Virus record (IMG/VR): IMGVR_UViG_3300037247_001890
Span: 1-64,000 of that record
DNA: 64,000 nucleotides
Strand: one strand, 5' to 3'
Source: a virus
This document shows positions 35,505 through 45,072 of the stretch, one piece after another. Below the pieces are notes generated by a model that saw nothing but the letters and a program-made list of their open reading frames with translations, ran no database searches and was not told where the DNA came from. Position 1 is the stretch's first letter, and each line of letters begins with the position of its first letter. The position numbers and the translations under genes were made by a program.

Positions 35505-36089
35505 ATGAATAAAGTTTGTACTAAATGTGGAAAGAGTAACCCTTTAGAAGATTATTATAAGCATTCATTAGCAAAAGATGGTAGAGCATCAAAATGTAAA
35601 AGTTGCCATAAATTAGCACAAGCTAAATATGCTAAATCTGATAAAGGTAGATTAGTAAATGTCAAAGCACATGTTAAATATGATAAAACTGAAAAAGGTA
35701 AAGCAACAACAGCTAAATATTTTAAAACTGATAAAGGTAAATTAGCAATAGCTAAATATAATAAAACCAGTAGAGGTAAACTAACAAAAGCTAGGACAAA
35801 TCACAATAGAAGAATTAATATAGCAAACACAAAAAATAATTTTACAATCAAAGAAAGCAAATTAATCCTATTCCTGCAAAACTATCAATGTGCAAATCCG
35901 AATTGCGAGTGTGGTAGATTCTTTGATATGGTAGAACCCACACTTGACCATATTGTTCCTGTAGAATTAAGCGGGGATTTAATTAAAGAAAACGTACAAT
36001 ATCTATGTCAGTCGTGCAACAGTTCAAAAGGCATAAAATACATAGATTATAGATCAGAAACTCACAAACAAATGATAGAAAGGATATAA
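35505..36089 (+). CDS. HNH homing endonuclease with N-terminal Zn finger
   Basis: CTKC...CKSC; TLDHIVP...NVQYLCQSCNSSKG. Confidence 0.85.
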   Translation: MNKVCTKCGKSNPLEDYYKHSLAKDGRASKCKSCHKLAQAKYAKSDKGRLVNVKAHVKYDKTEKGKATTAKYFKTDKGKLAIAKYNKTSRGKLTKARTNHNRRINIANTKNNFTIKESKLILFLQNYQCANPNCECGRFFDMVEPTLDHIVPVELSGDLIKENVQYLCQSCNSSKGIKYIDYRSETHKQMIERI

Positions 36090-36250
36090 ATGTTACATCC
36101 ACGTTTTGCATTAATTGGTGTGATAGCGTTACCAGCTATTGTTGCCTTTTCAACGCAAGAACCAATAGCACCTGTGATTACGCTATTAGTTTCAGTAGCA
36201 ATTTTTATTTTCTACGGAAAATATTACGATAAGAATAAAAATTAATTTAT

Positions 36251-36596
36251 GGGGCTGAATGATTCGACGGATATTCAAAGTTAATATACTTCACTCCGGC
36301 ACTATAGTAGTATGGCCGTAAAGCAAACTGCAAGCTAATTAATAATTGGCAATAGTTATAGACTAGCTGCATAAGCAGCTCGACTCGCATATCAGCCACG
36401 ATATGCAAGAGTCGTTAATGCAGGCTCGGCAATCTGATTTGGCCAATCAGTGCGCCTAAAACTAGGCCAGGCGAGCATGCAGGCCTTATTCGTTTGCAAA
36501 GCATGCCAACGCTAGTGATACCTAAACGAATAAGAGTGTAAAAAAGAATATTAATTAGATTGTTCGGACCCGGTTTCGATACCGGCAGCTCCACTA
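36251..36596 (+). ncRNA. ssrA: tmRNA; predicted tag (A)GNSYRLAA
   Basis: 5' GGGGCTGA..GATTCGAC; 3' GACCCGGTTTCGATACCGGCAGCTCCA with G3-U70; resume context ATAATT-GGC...GCT GCA TAA. Confidence 0.92.
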
Positions 36597-36598
36597 GA

Positions 36599-36627
36599 GG
36601 CAGGGTGAAGAACTCACCCTGCTTTTG
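36599..36627 (+). terminator. terminator after tmRNA
   Basis: gcagggtga-agaac-tcaccctgc followed by tttt. Confidence 0.7.
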
Positions 36628-36653
36628 TTGTATTTTTATCGAAGGAGAAAATT

Positions 36654-37265
36654 ATGAATATTAAACTATTGTTTTTTATCGTGGCAAGCCTAGTCTTATC
36701 TTCGTGTCACGTTCGTTATGTTTACGTCTATACTGACGAACCCGTCGATGAAGTTTACGTTTATGATGTTAGCTATGTTTACGCTAGTCTCTGGTATGAC
36801 GATTTTTACTGGAGATATAATACTAATTACTATTATACATTTGGTTTATTTTATCACACGCCAAGGTACTCAGGGTATTCTTACTACCATAATTATAAAC
36901 CATACTACAGACATCACCGCAAACCAAAATTTAAAAGACACTGGTTTGATAGACGCCAACATAATATTGTCAAAAAACATCGTAGTAGACGTTCAACAAT
37001 GGATAGGCCCAACATTGAGTATAGAAAAAAATCTAAACTAGGACTAAAATACGAACAGCGTGTCCCAACAAAATTTAAAAATCGACGCAAGCTCAATAGG
37101 GGGACCAAAAGCAGAGACCAAAAGGTGACTAAGCAGAAAAGGAATACCTCAAAAAAAAGAACTATTACTCGTCAAAAACAACGAAACAATAGTTCAAAAA
37201 AGTCAACTCGAAGTTCAAAACATTCCAAAAAAGTAAAACGTTCCACGAAAAAACCAAAAAAATAA
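36654..37265 (+). CDS. putative lipoprotein, Tyr-rich with a very basic tail
   Basis: Signal peptide with LSSC lipobox; K/R-rich C-terminus. Confidence 0.55.
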   Translation: MNIKLLFFIVASLVLSSCHVRYVYVYTDEPVDEVYVYDVSYVYASLWYDDFYWRYNTNYYYTFGLFYHTPRYSGYSYYHNYKPYYRHHRKPKFKRHWFDRRQHNIVKKHRSRRSTMDRPNIEYRKKSKLGLKYEQRVPTKFKNRRKLNRGTKSRDQKVTKQKRNTSKKRTITRQKQRNNSSKKSTRSSKHSKKVKRSTKKPKK

Positions 37266-37270
37266 AAATA

Positions 37271-37299
37271 TTGCAATTTTAATAAAAAAGTGTTATATT
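37271..37299 (+). promoter_or_regulatory. sigma70 promoter of the tRNA island
   Basis: TTGCAA-17-TATATT; ATG 6 nt downstream. Confidence 0.7.
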
Positions 37300-37305
37300 A
37301 GAGCT

Positions 37306-37392
37306 ATGAAACGTACTACTATAAATATGTGGTCCTCATTATGTGATGGACAAGTACATCCAAGATTTAATGGTGGGAGTCCCATTATGTAA
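37306..37392 (+). CDS. leaderless 28-aa leader peptide (MKRTTINMWSSLCDGQVHPRFNGGSPIM)
   Basis: Directly after the promoter and before an attenuator-like hairpin. Confidence 0.5.
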   Translation: MKRTTINMWSSLCDGQVHPRFNGGSPIM

Positions 37393-37395
37393 TAA

Positions 37396-37474
37396 GCGGT
37401 TTCATTTCTCGCTTTCATTTTCTCTTTTTCTCTATAGAGGGAACCGCCATTAAAAAGCAGTTTCCTCTTTTTTT
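37396..37474 (+). terminator. attenuator: terminator 37436-37474 with competing antiterminator strand 37396-37403
   Basis: agagggaaccgc/gcagtttcctct + T run; upstream gcggtttc is complementary to ggaaccgc. Confidence 0.6.
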
Positions 37475-37504
37475 ATTTAGTATGTAAATCACAGATTTGC
37501 ATAC

Positions 37505-37516
37505 TGATCTTTGACA
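37505..37516 (+). promoter_or_regulatory. boxA-like antitermination element
   Basis: TGATCTTTGACA versus rrn boxA TGCTCTTTAACA. Confidence 0.5.
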
Positions 37517-37722
37517 GTTAGGAGTTTGTGGGGCATCGCGATAGTGACGAGCTAGCGTTTACGCCTTATACATTCAGATTTGGAAGGATAGTTGTGACGT
37601 GGTAGTCAGATATAGGCAAGATACTCTCTGCTGGATACGCGTTCTGGTGGAAGGGAACAAAAGCTGAATCCCGATGCAGGGGCGTTGCATGATACTAAAT
37701 GCCGACTATCTTTCCATAATAC

Positions 37723-37797
37723 TCACGAGTAACTCAGCCTGGCCAGAGTTTCCGGCCGTTAACCGGACAGTCGAAGGTTCGAATCCTTCCTCGTGAG
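37723..37797 (+). tRNA. tRNA-Asn(GTT)
   Basis: Cloverleaf; tccgg-ccGTTaa-ccgga; GGTTCGAATCC. Confidence 0.9.
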
Positions 37798-37818
37798 CAA
37801 TAAATAGGAGAAATAAAT

Positions 37819-38355
37819 ATGAAATTATTTTATATATTTATTTTATCATTATTTATTGGATGCGTCTTAGAACCAGATGTAAAAACTGTATATAAAGACA
37901 GAATAGTAAATGTTGGCATCATTATAGGAGATGTGCCATTAGAATATTCTTATACTAATATGTGGGAAGCTCAATCTTATTGGAAGGATGACTATGGTAT
38001 GTTACTTTGGGTAGTGGCACAAAATTTATCAGATACGAATTGGTATGGTCATCCTGAACTGCGAATTTATACTACTGATGAACCGATGGACGAAGATAGT
38101 TATTTAACTGAATATGATTTAATATCAACAGGGATTGGTGTACTTACTACCGAAATTGGCTACAATTATGTGCCAGTAGATACTGCTGATTTTATTCCGA
38201 GTCCAGGATTCAGGCATTCCCTGACTTTTGCAAGAATCGATTATAGTGCTTTAAAACAATATTATTATGGTTTATGGAGATTTGTACCTGCCAATACCCC
38301 TACTCTATCAAAGATTGCCCCATTAAGTTATGATCAAATAAAATGGCAAGAATAA
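37819..38355 (+). CDS. putative lipoprotein
   Basis: Signal peptide with FIGC lipobox; SD AGGAG. Confidence 0.55.
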   Translation: MKLFYIFILSLFIGCVLEPDVKTVYKDRIVNVGIIIGDVPLEYSYTNMWEAQSYWKDDYGMLLWVVAQNLSDTNWYGHPELRIYTTDEPMDEDSYLTEYDLISTGIGVLTTEIGYNYVPVDTADFIPSPGFRHSLTFARIDYSALKQYYYGLWRFVPANTPTLSKIAPLSYDQIKWQE

Positions 38356-38362
38356 TAACCCT

Positions 38363-38843
38363 ATAAATAAGAAAGCACGCTGCAGTCGGCTAGACTGCGT
38401 AACCCGTTGTAACTTATTTATTATGGGTAGAAAAGCACGTTGTGACCGTACTCTAGGAAATGTAATCCGTTGTAATCTATCCATCCTACAGACAGAAAGC
38501 ACGCTGTGATCCAATAACAATCCATTGGATTGTTAATAACCGGGTTCACCCGGGTGATTGCGTAACCCGTTGTAACTGTTTGTAGAAAATAGTAGAGAAG
38601 CACGCTGTAACTCGAGGTCTGTTAGGGCCGCGAGGTCCATAAGGGCCGCGAGGTCCATAGGGGCCGAGTTGGGTTATGTAACCCGTTGTAATCTACCAGG
38701 GTGGAAAGCACGTTGTAATGCCCTTTAGAAGACATACGCGTAATCCGTGTACTCCACCCATTTAAGTTGTGCGGGAAAGCTCGTTATGATCTACGCGAAT
38801 GATTGTACATTCTAGAACATGTAATCCGAGTGACTACCGCAAT
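38363..38843 (+). ncRNA. six tandem structured RNA modules (stem-AAGCACGYTG...GTAAYCCGTTGTAA-stem)
   Basis: Conserved motif pair in each unit, unit-specific closing stems and a compensatory change in unit 6. Confidence 0.75.
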
Positions 38844-39050
38844 TAAAGTAAGGAGATTTAATATAGCATCAATAATGTGGGAAGCTGGTGGATTTGGAAA
38901 ACCAAAAATTCGCAGATTTCTGCAAGAGTGCAAATATGAAAATTTTATAACAGAATGGTCAGAGACAAAAATTAGCATTTTCACAAGCACTTTTGAGATT
39001 AATGGAGAAGAAGAAAAATTAGAATTTATGAGTGAATATTTGAGGAAGCA

Positions 39051-39500
39051 ATGCAATCCAGAAAACCAGGCAAAATAGTAAGGAATAATCTCTATATACA
39101 CAGGGATTATCTTGACACAACAGAAATTCCGGAATATCTTTACACTACTCGATATGATCGAATGATAGGAAAAAATATGCCAGGAGTAGATATTTTAAAA
39201 CATGATCGAACTCACGGTACAGTATCTTTAATTAAATGCTTTGACTTCGATGGAGAAGATGAACCAATCATACAAATGGTATCGACAAGACTAAAAGAAA
39301 TAAATTACACTCGGCCAACAGGTCCAATATATCATCATAAATGGATGATGGTAGGAGATGACTATATGGGATTCAACATTGACGCCAGTAAGCAGCGTAG
39401 TGAACGAATTAAGCAAATAATGCGGGAAAATCCCGGCATTGCACCATATCTAATAGGTAATCAAGTCTATTGGAAAGCTAGAGTTTTACCCTTACTGTAA
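39051..39500 (+). CDS. protein resembling the non-catalytic domain of DNA-phosphorothioation-associated putative methyltransferases
   Basis: GK.V..NLYIH..YL, VSLI...DFD..DEP, IYHHKWMMV. Confidence 0.45.
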   Translation: MQSRKPGKIVRNNLYIHRDYLDTTEIPEYLYTTRYDRMIGKNMPGVDILKHDRTHGTVSLIKCFDFDGEDEPIIQMVSTRLKEINYTRPTGPIYHHKWMMVGDDYMGFNIDASKQRSERIKQIMRENPGIAPYLIGNQVYWKARVLPLL

Positions 39501-39504
39501 TAAC

Positions 39505-39580
39505 TGGCCGGTGGTGAAGCTTGGTCAAACACAGCGGGCCTTGGACCCGTTATTCGTAGGTTCAAATCCTACCCGGCTAA
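39505..39580 (+). tRNA. tRNA-Gln(TTG)
   Basis: U1-A72; gcggg-ccTTGga-cccgt. Confidence 0.85.
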
Positions 39581-40057
39581 CGCAAGACCTAATAAAATTA
39601 ACCAAGAAACAGAGGAAAGAAAGATGAAAAGGATTTATTATTTATACGATGAGGGCAATCAGCCTATCGTCACTGTGGGTATTTTTAAAGATGAAAAAGG
39701 ATTTTCTTTTGCACGCACACTGTCTATTTATGGAGAAGGCGAAACCCTCCCACTGAATAAAGGACAAGCACGTAATATCGTAGATTCTCGTTTTGAGAAT
39801 GCTGCAAGTATTCTGGATAGATCAACATATACCAATGAAATCTATCCTCGACGTGTAAAAAATTTATTTTGTCGTTTAATATCTATAAAAAACAACAATA
39901 GATGCGTCAATGATCTCTTTGGGAATGCTGAAAAATCACTCCTTAAGATTGATTTAAACGCCGAACCAACTGATTTCGAAAAATATCTGCTTAGGATTGA
40001 TGCAAAAAAGTAATCAAGTAGCCTTGTGGTGAAAATTACAGGGCTACTTATATTCTT

Positions 40058-40134
40058 CCGCCCGTATCTCCTCCGTCTGATAAGCGGTAGAAAGAGTAGT
40101 CGGTTACAGATTGGTTCAATTCCAATAGGGCGGA
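40058..40134 (+). tRNA. atypical tRNA-Ile(GAT)-like RNA with rearranged arms
   Basis: Acceptor ccgccc/gggcgg; ccgt-ctGATaa-gcgg arm precedes a D-like agtagtcggtta; T arm attgg-ttcaatt-ccaat. Confidence 0.6.
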
Positions 40135-40814
40135 CATGAAAGCAAAATTTATACAAGAAAACGTAATATTGAGTGAACATGAGGGCCCTTATGGATTGGA
40201 TCCTCACGATGACTGGACGGACACAGTAATAGAAGAATATCGTAAAAAATATTCAAATGGAAGAATATTTACTTCTACCAAAGAAAGCAGAATTCGCAAG
40301 GTGGGTGATTGGGCTCAATATTATTATATAATAGGCAAGGCAAAAGATGCGAGTTAAAATTACTAATTTTACGACATTGATGCAAAATGACAAGACATAT
40401 AATATTCAACAAAGATATTTCTTTAAGGCAACTTTAAGGTATGATGGCGGTTATGTTTATCGTTGTAAAGACGGCCACAGGTTTTATTTGTTTGCCTTAG
40501 ATCAAGCAGATTTAATTCATATAGGAATTTTAGGAAAGTTATATGGTACGGAAGAAAACAAGGTGGCATTATGATAAAAATTTATAAAATATGGATGGAA
40601 GGATATGCAGCTACCGGTGAAAAGAGTACCGCACAGTATGTTGGATCTGTAAAAGCTAAATCCTTCAAAGAAGCTTGCATAAAATTTTCCAAAACAAAAG
40701 AGGGAATAGAGAAACAATGGGATGAATTTTTTGAACCACAAAATCTTTCGTTCTGGGGATGCAAACTATTTGATAACGAAATAGATGCTCGTAGAGCATT
40801 TGGATAATGTTTAA

Positions 40815-40888
40815 TGGCCCGTAGTTCAGCCTGGTAGAACGGCACACTCATAATGTGAGAATCGATGGTTCAAATCCATTCGGGCCAA
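40815..40888 (+). tRNA. tRNA-Met/Ile2(CAT)
   Basis: caca-ctCATaa-tgtg; GGTTCAAATCC. Confidence 0.85.
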
Positions 40889-41032
40889 CTATGAAAGTTA
40901 GAATATTACCATCGGTGTTAGGCACTACTTGGAGGGGCGATTTTGATTCGTTTGGACTTCCAAAACGAATACTCAACACATCAAACAAATACTGGAAACA
41001 TATAGGATTGTATGATTTAACCATAGAAAAAC

Positions 41033-41458
41033 TTGCCGAATTGGCGAACAGCAGTGACAAGAAAAAAGGTTTCAAGACCTACAGAGATTTTAAACAATCT
41101 GGGTTTACTAAAAAATAAATCAATATTGGATTATGGCTGTGGAAAATCCATAGACTATATTCACATAGCAGATATGGATCGATTTGATCCTTATTTCTAT
41201 CCGGAAATAAAAAATAAAAAATATGAAGTTATTCTTTGTCATTATGTTATAAATGTAGTTAGCAAAGAAGAACAAAAACAAATAATAGAACATATTAAGA
41301 GCCTTCTGGCACCAGGAGGAAAAGCTTACTTCACAGTAAGGAGAGACATAAAAGAAGACATCCATTATAAAGACTATTCTCAAAGAGTTGTATATCTACC
41401 TTTTAAAACAATAAAAAAACACGCGGACTTTGAAATTTATGAATGGAGTGAGAGATGA
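41033..41458 (+). CDS. SAM-dependent methyltransferase (phosphorothioation-associated MTase-like catalytic domain)
   Basis: RTAVTRKKVSRP, ILDYGCGK, FDPYFYP, ILCHYVINVV; TTG start uncertain. Confidence 0.7.
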   Translation: MPNWRTAVTRKKVSRPTEILNNLGLLKNKSILDYGCGKSIDYIHIADMDRFDPYFYPEIKNKKYEVILCHYVINVVSKEEQKQIIEHIKSLLAPGGKAYFTVRRDIKEDIHYKDYSQRVVYLPFKTIKKHADFEIYEWSER

Positions 41459-41652
41459 ACAAAATTAAAGAACTTTGTATGAAGTTTAATAGGTTTTGGG
41501 ATGCTATTCCGGAACCTAAGCGTTTTATATATTTTGTAATAGCCGCTGCTTTTTGGTCCTGGGCACTATTATTAGAACCATTTGTGGCCATATTTATCGC
41601 AGCAATAGCATTATACATACGTTTCCAACGTTACGATACATAATGAATCAAC

Positions 41653-41728
41653 GGGGTATTAGAATAGTCCGGTTCAATTCGCCACCCTGTCAAGGTGGAA
41701 AACATGGGTTCAAATCCCGTATGCCCCG
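41653..41728 (+). tRNA. tRNA-Asp(GTC)
   Basis: ccacc-ctGTCaa-ggtgg; G73. Confidence 0.9.
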
Positions 41729-42293
41729 CTATGAAAACAACATTTATAAAAGAAAACATTTTATGTACTCTAACAAGAGCAGAGATAGGATATCTAAATT
41801 ATCTTCTAAAAACCTATGACGAAACAGATCTTGAAAAAGGTGAGTATATTTTACAAGTAATGAAAGAAAATAATTATTTTTATAAAATTGATGGTATACA
41901 TTATCAAGTATTAAAAATCAAAGGAGACTTAGAAGAAAAATTATGAAAGTAGTATGTATTGATGTTAGCATCGATTCAACAAATGATAGAAAAGAAACCT
42001 TGGACGAAATAAAACGCCGGCTCCAGGAATGCTTGAAAGACATGAAGGGGGCTAAATTAATTAAGAGATATAAAAATGTTTACATTAGTATGTGGGAATT
42101 AATATGAAACAAAAAAAAGCAAAAATAGTTTGTGGGAATGTATTAGCAGACATTTCAAAAGAAAAATTAGGAAAAATAATCGAGGAAGTAGTGCAAGAAG
42201 GTATGGATTCTTTAGACAAAACTTTAGAAAAATTTAATACCTTGGTATTTTTAGATTATGCCGGTAAACATGAATCTCGATATGTAGAAATTA

Positions 42294-42384
42294 GGAGGGT
42301 CTGACCTCATCGGCTGCGGGGCCTGGTCCTGAAAACCAGTGGCCGTCGCAAGGCGGTTTCAGAGTTCGAATCTCTGACCCTCTT
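42294..42384 (+). tRNA. tRNA-Ser(TGA)
   Basis: ctggt-ccTGAaa-accag; long variable arm. Confidence 0.85.
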
Positions 42385-42562
42385 CAATGAAAGTACAAAT
42401 AAAAACAACAATGTGGATTATCGAAAGAAATCCAAATATATCAAATGCAAGTTATGAGCTTCCAATAACATTAATTTTTAGAAGACATGAAAATCATTTA
42501 GGGTGGATCGACATAACCAATTTGATGGATGCAAAAGAAATATTTTTAACAGAAGGGCATAA

Positions 42563-43087
42563 ATGAAAGCAACTGGATACCAGTTAAGAGAAGCACTACG
42601 CCACTGGCGTAGTGTATTAGAAGGTCTTGCTATTGACCTAAAAGGATCTTTATATTACTTTGATCAGAAAGAAAAAATTAATCCTTTAACAGTAGCAGAA
42701 GACTACAGGGCAGCAGAAGATGCTGTATCAAGGATTGAAGAAGCACAACAAAAATATAATCTGCGTATAAATTTAACAATCGCAGATGAACCACAAACTC
42801 TGACTTATGCAATCAAAGCATTAGGAATGGCCGGTCGCTATGCTGCGATTTGGAAAGCAGTGGCAAGTGATAAACAAAGTGCTCGCGGATGGGGCGGCGA
42901 TAGATTAGAACGTGTAAGAAATAAAGATGATGTTCATGCGAAAAGATCTATCAGTAAAGAAGCGGCATCAAAGATGCGTACTGCTGCAAACAAGCATGCA
43001 TCTGATTTGAGACAAGCAATTGCATTAGCCAATGCAAGTAAACTAGAAATAGACATTCCTGAAAACCTGATTAATTTCGGGCGATAG
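42563..43087 (+). CDS. helical protein, DIP1984-like
   Basis: LREAL...IEEAQQKYN...TLTYAI...LRQAIALAN pattern. Confidence 0.4.
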   Translation: MKATGYQLREALRHWRSVLEGLAIDLKGSLYYFDQKEKINPLTVAEDYRAAEDAVSRIEEAQQKYNLRINLTIADEPQTLTYAIKALGMAGRYAAIWKAVASDKQSARGWGGDRLERVRNKDDVHAKRSISKEAASKMRTAANKHASDLRQAIALANASKLEIDIPENLINFGR

Positions 43088-43476
43088 GGAATGCCGAAGA
43101 GGCGGTGACCGTATCTGTTTGGTATTACAACCTGGCAGGGGAACTATGAAGGCTGGAAATTGCTAGAAGCTTAAAGCCTATACCAATACTTACCATAGGC
43201 AAGTACTCAAATCCACTTCAAGTATAACCATAGCTATTAGCTGTATACTGCCTCTTTTTAACTTAATTAACGCCGGCATAAACGTAACTCCGTGGTGAAG
43301 CTTCCTGAGGCGGGGTGTAGTGAGCTCCTCCAAGATACCGTCGAGGGTCAAATCTGGGATCTACACAGTCCCCAGCTAAGTCCCCTAAAGAGGTTTGTAT
43401 TCTAGAGGTGAGAGCTGTCTGTGATGAATACAAGCGTGAAATATCGGAAAAAGGAATACTCCGGCGTTAATTTTAT

Positions 43477-43562
43477 GGGGATATGGTGAAATGGCAGACA
43501 CATGGGACTTAAGATCCCATGGGGGAGACCCCGTGAAGGTTCAAGTCCTTCTATCCCCACCA
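43477..43562 (+). tRNA. tRNA-Leu(TAA) with encoded CCA
   Basis: tggga-ctTAAga-tccca; class II arm. Confidence 0.9.
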
Positions 43563-43785
43563 TGAAAAGCGTAAAATTTGTAAAACAATCAGTTCTCGTA
43601 AAAAAGAACAAAATAGAAGATGCTATGAATACTATAGCCCATGCACTGAAAACCGATCCTAGCTATAGAATAGGATGGTATGCGAATTTAACATTTAATA
43701 TATATGATAACAGCAAAGGTAGAATAAGCCAAGATACAGCGGGTAACATAGCAGACGTAATATTAAGAAACTTTTTTAAAGCTTA

Positions 43786-43870
43786 GGGCAAGTGGCGAAA
43801 GTGGCAAACGCGTTGTCTTCAAAAGGCAATCCTACAAAATAGGGTGTAGGTTCAAGTCCTACCTTGCCTA
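43786..43870 (+). tRNA. tRNA-Leu(CAA)
   Basis: ttgtc-ttCAAaa-ggcaa; class II arm; A73. Confidence 0.85.
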
Positions 43871-44158
43871 CTATGAAAAAAAGAACTGTCAACATGTCAG
43901 AAGAAGTTGTGTTTGACGACATAACAGAAAAAGTCGAGACAGAAAAAATAATTGGAGATCTCACAAAAAAGTGGAAAAATAAAGACTTTTCGATAAAAGT
44001 TTATTTTAATAAAAGAATTACTAAAATACAGAACGCGGCTAGTCAAGGTACAATAGACTTTATCAGAGCTTACAAACCAAAATAAACGGGCTGCTCAGGA
44101 CAAGCAAGGTTCGATTCCTTCTCCAAGACGTTGGAGCCTCGGTGGGGGCAGCCGGTAT

Positions 44159-44242
44159 GCGAGTGTGGCGAAGTTGGTAGACGCGCTAGATTTAGGATCT
44201 AGTGGGGGAAACCCCGGGAAGGTTCAAATCCTTTCACTCGTA
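44159..44242 (+). tRNA. tRNA-Leu(TAG)
   Basis: ctaga-ttTAGga-tctag; class II arm. Confidence 0.9.
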
Positions 44243-44467
44243 CTATTAGGAGGATTATGAAAGTAAAATTTACAAGCAACCCATACATTAAAGCATCTTG
44301 GCACGAAGCAACTGCCAAGTTAACAAAATTAACTAATGAATATTTGGATGAGGCAGGGAGTAGTGGTGATTTATTAAAAAAAGCAGAAGACGTTCTATAT
44401 AGACTAGGATGGACTTTAGAAGAATATCAAGAATTAAATAGACCGCCAACAAAGCGACATAAATAAT

Positions 44468-44540
44468 GGGCCTGTAGCTCAGACGGTAGAGCGATGGACT
44501 GAAAATCCATGCGCCGGTGATTCAACTTCACCTGGGCCCA
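44468..44540 (+). tRNA. tRNA-Phe(GAA)
   Basis: atgga-ctGAAaa-tccat. Confidence 0.9.
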
Positions 44541-44770
44541 CAAATCATAGGAGATATTATGACAGTAAATTTTATTGAACATAACACATTAAATTGGATA
44601 TTAATCAGAGAAGAAAGAATAGCTAAAAAAAGTGGTAGTTTTAGTGGTACTACTTACACAGATCCGCACGTTATTCTTAAAAGATCAATAACTCTTGATG
44701 AGTCCACAACTGCTATGGATGGAGCCGAAACAAAGAGATATTCACCTGGAATATATCGAGCAACAAAAAA

Positions 44771-44854
44771 GGAAGGATGGCAGAGAGGCTAATTGCAACG
44801 GTTTGCTAAATCGTCGTCCTCCGGGACACGTGGGTTCGAATCCCACTCCTTCCT
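44771..44854 (+). tRNA. tRNA-Ser(GCT)
   Basis: acggt-ttGCTaa-atcgt; class II arm. Confidence 0.9.
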
Positions 44855-45072
44855 CACTAAAAATGGCATAAGATAAATATGATAACGTTAAAGGAATACT
44901 TTAAAGAATTAAAGATCATAGAAAAAAGTCTCAATAAATCAAAAGATCCGGCTAATACATATGCCTGGGTCTGTGCTTTGGAGTCAAAACTTCATTCACT
45001 TGACAGTTTTTTAGATAACCAAAAAAATATTTACTACAAAGCAATGGTAAGAAACAAATTAGATAAAACATA

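Noticed and set aside
38363-38843. CRISPR or mini-array interpretation
   Set aside because: Two alternating motifs with unit-specific closing stems and very unequal inserts fit structured RNA modules, not repeat-spacer units
43786-43870. Opal suppressor or tRNA-Sec (cTTCAaa seen in the loop)
   Set aside because: The 5-bp stem ttgtc/ggcaa centres CAA; the Leu-type D arm and A73 agree
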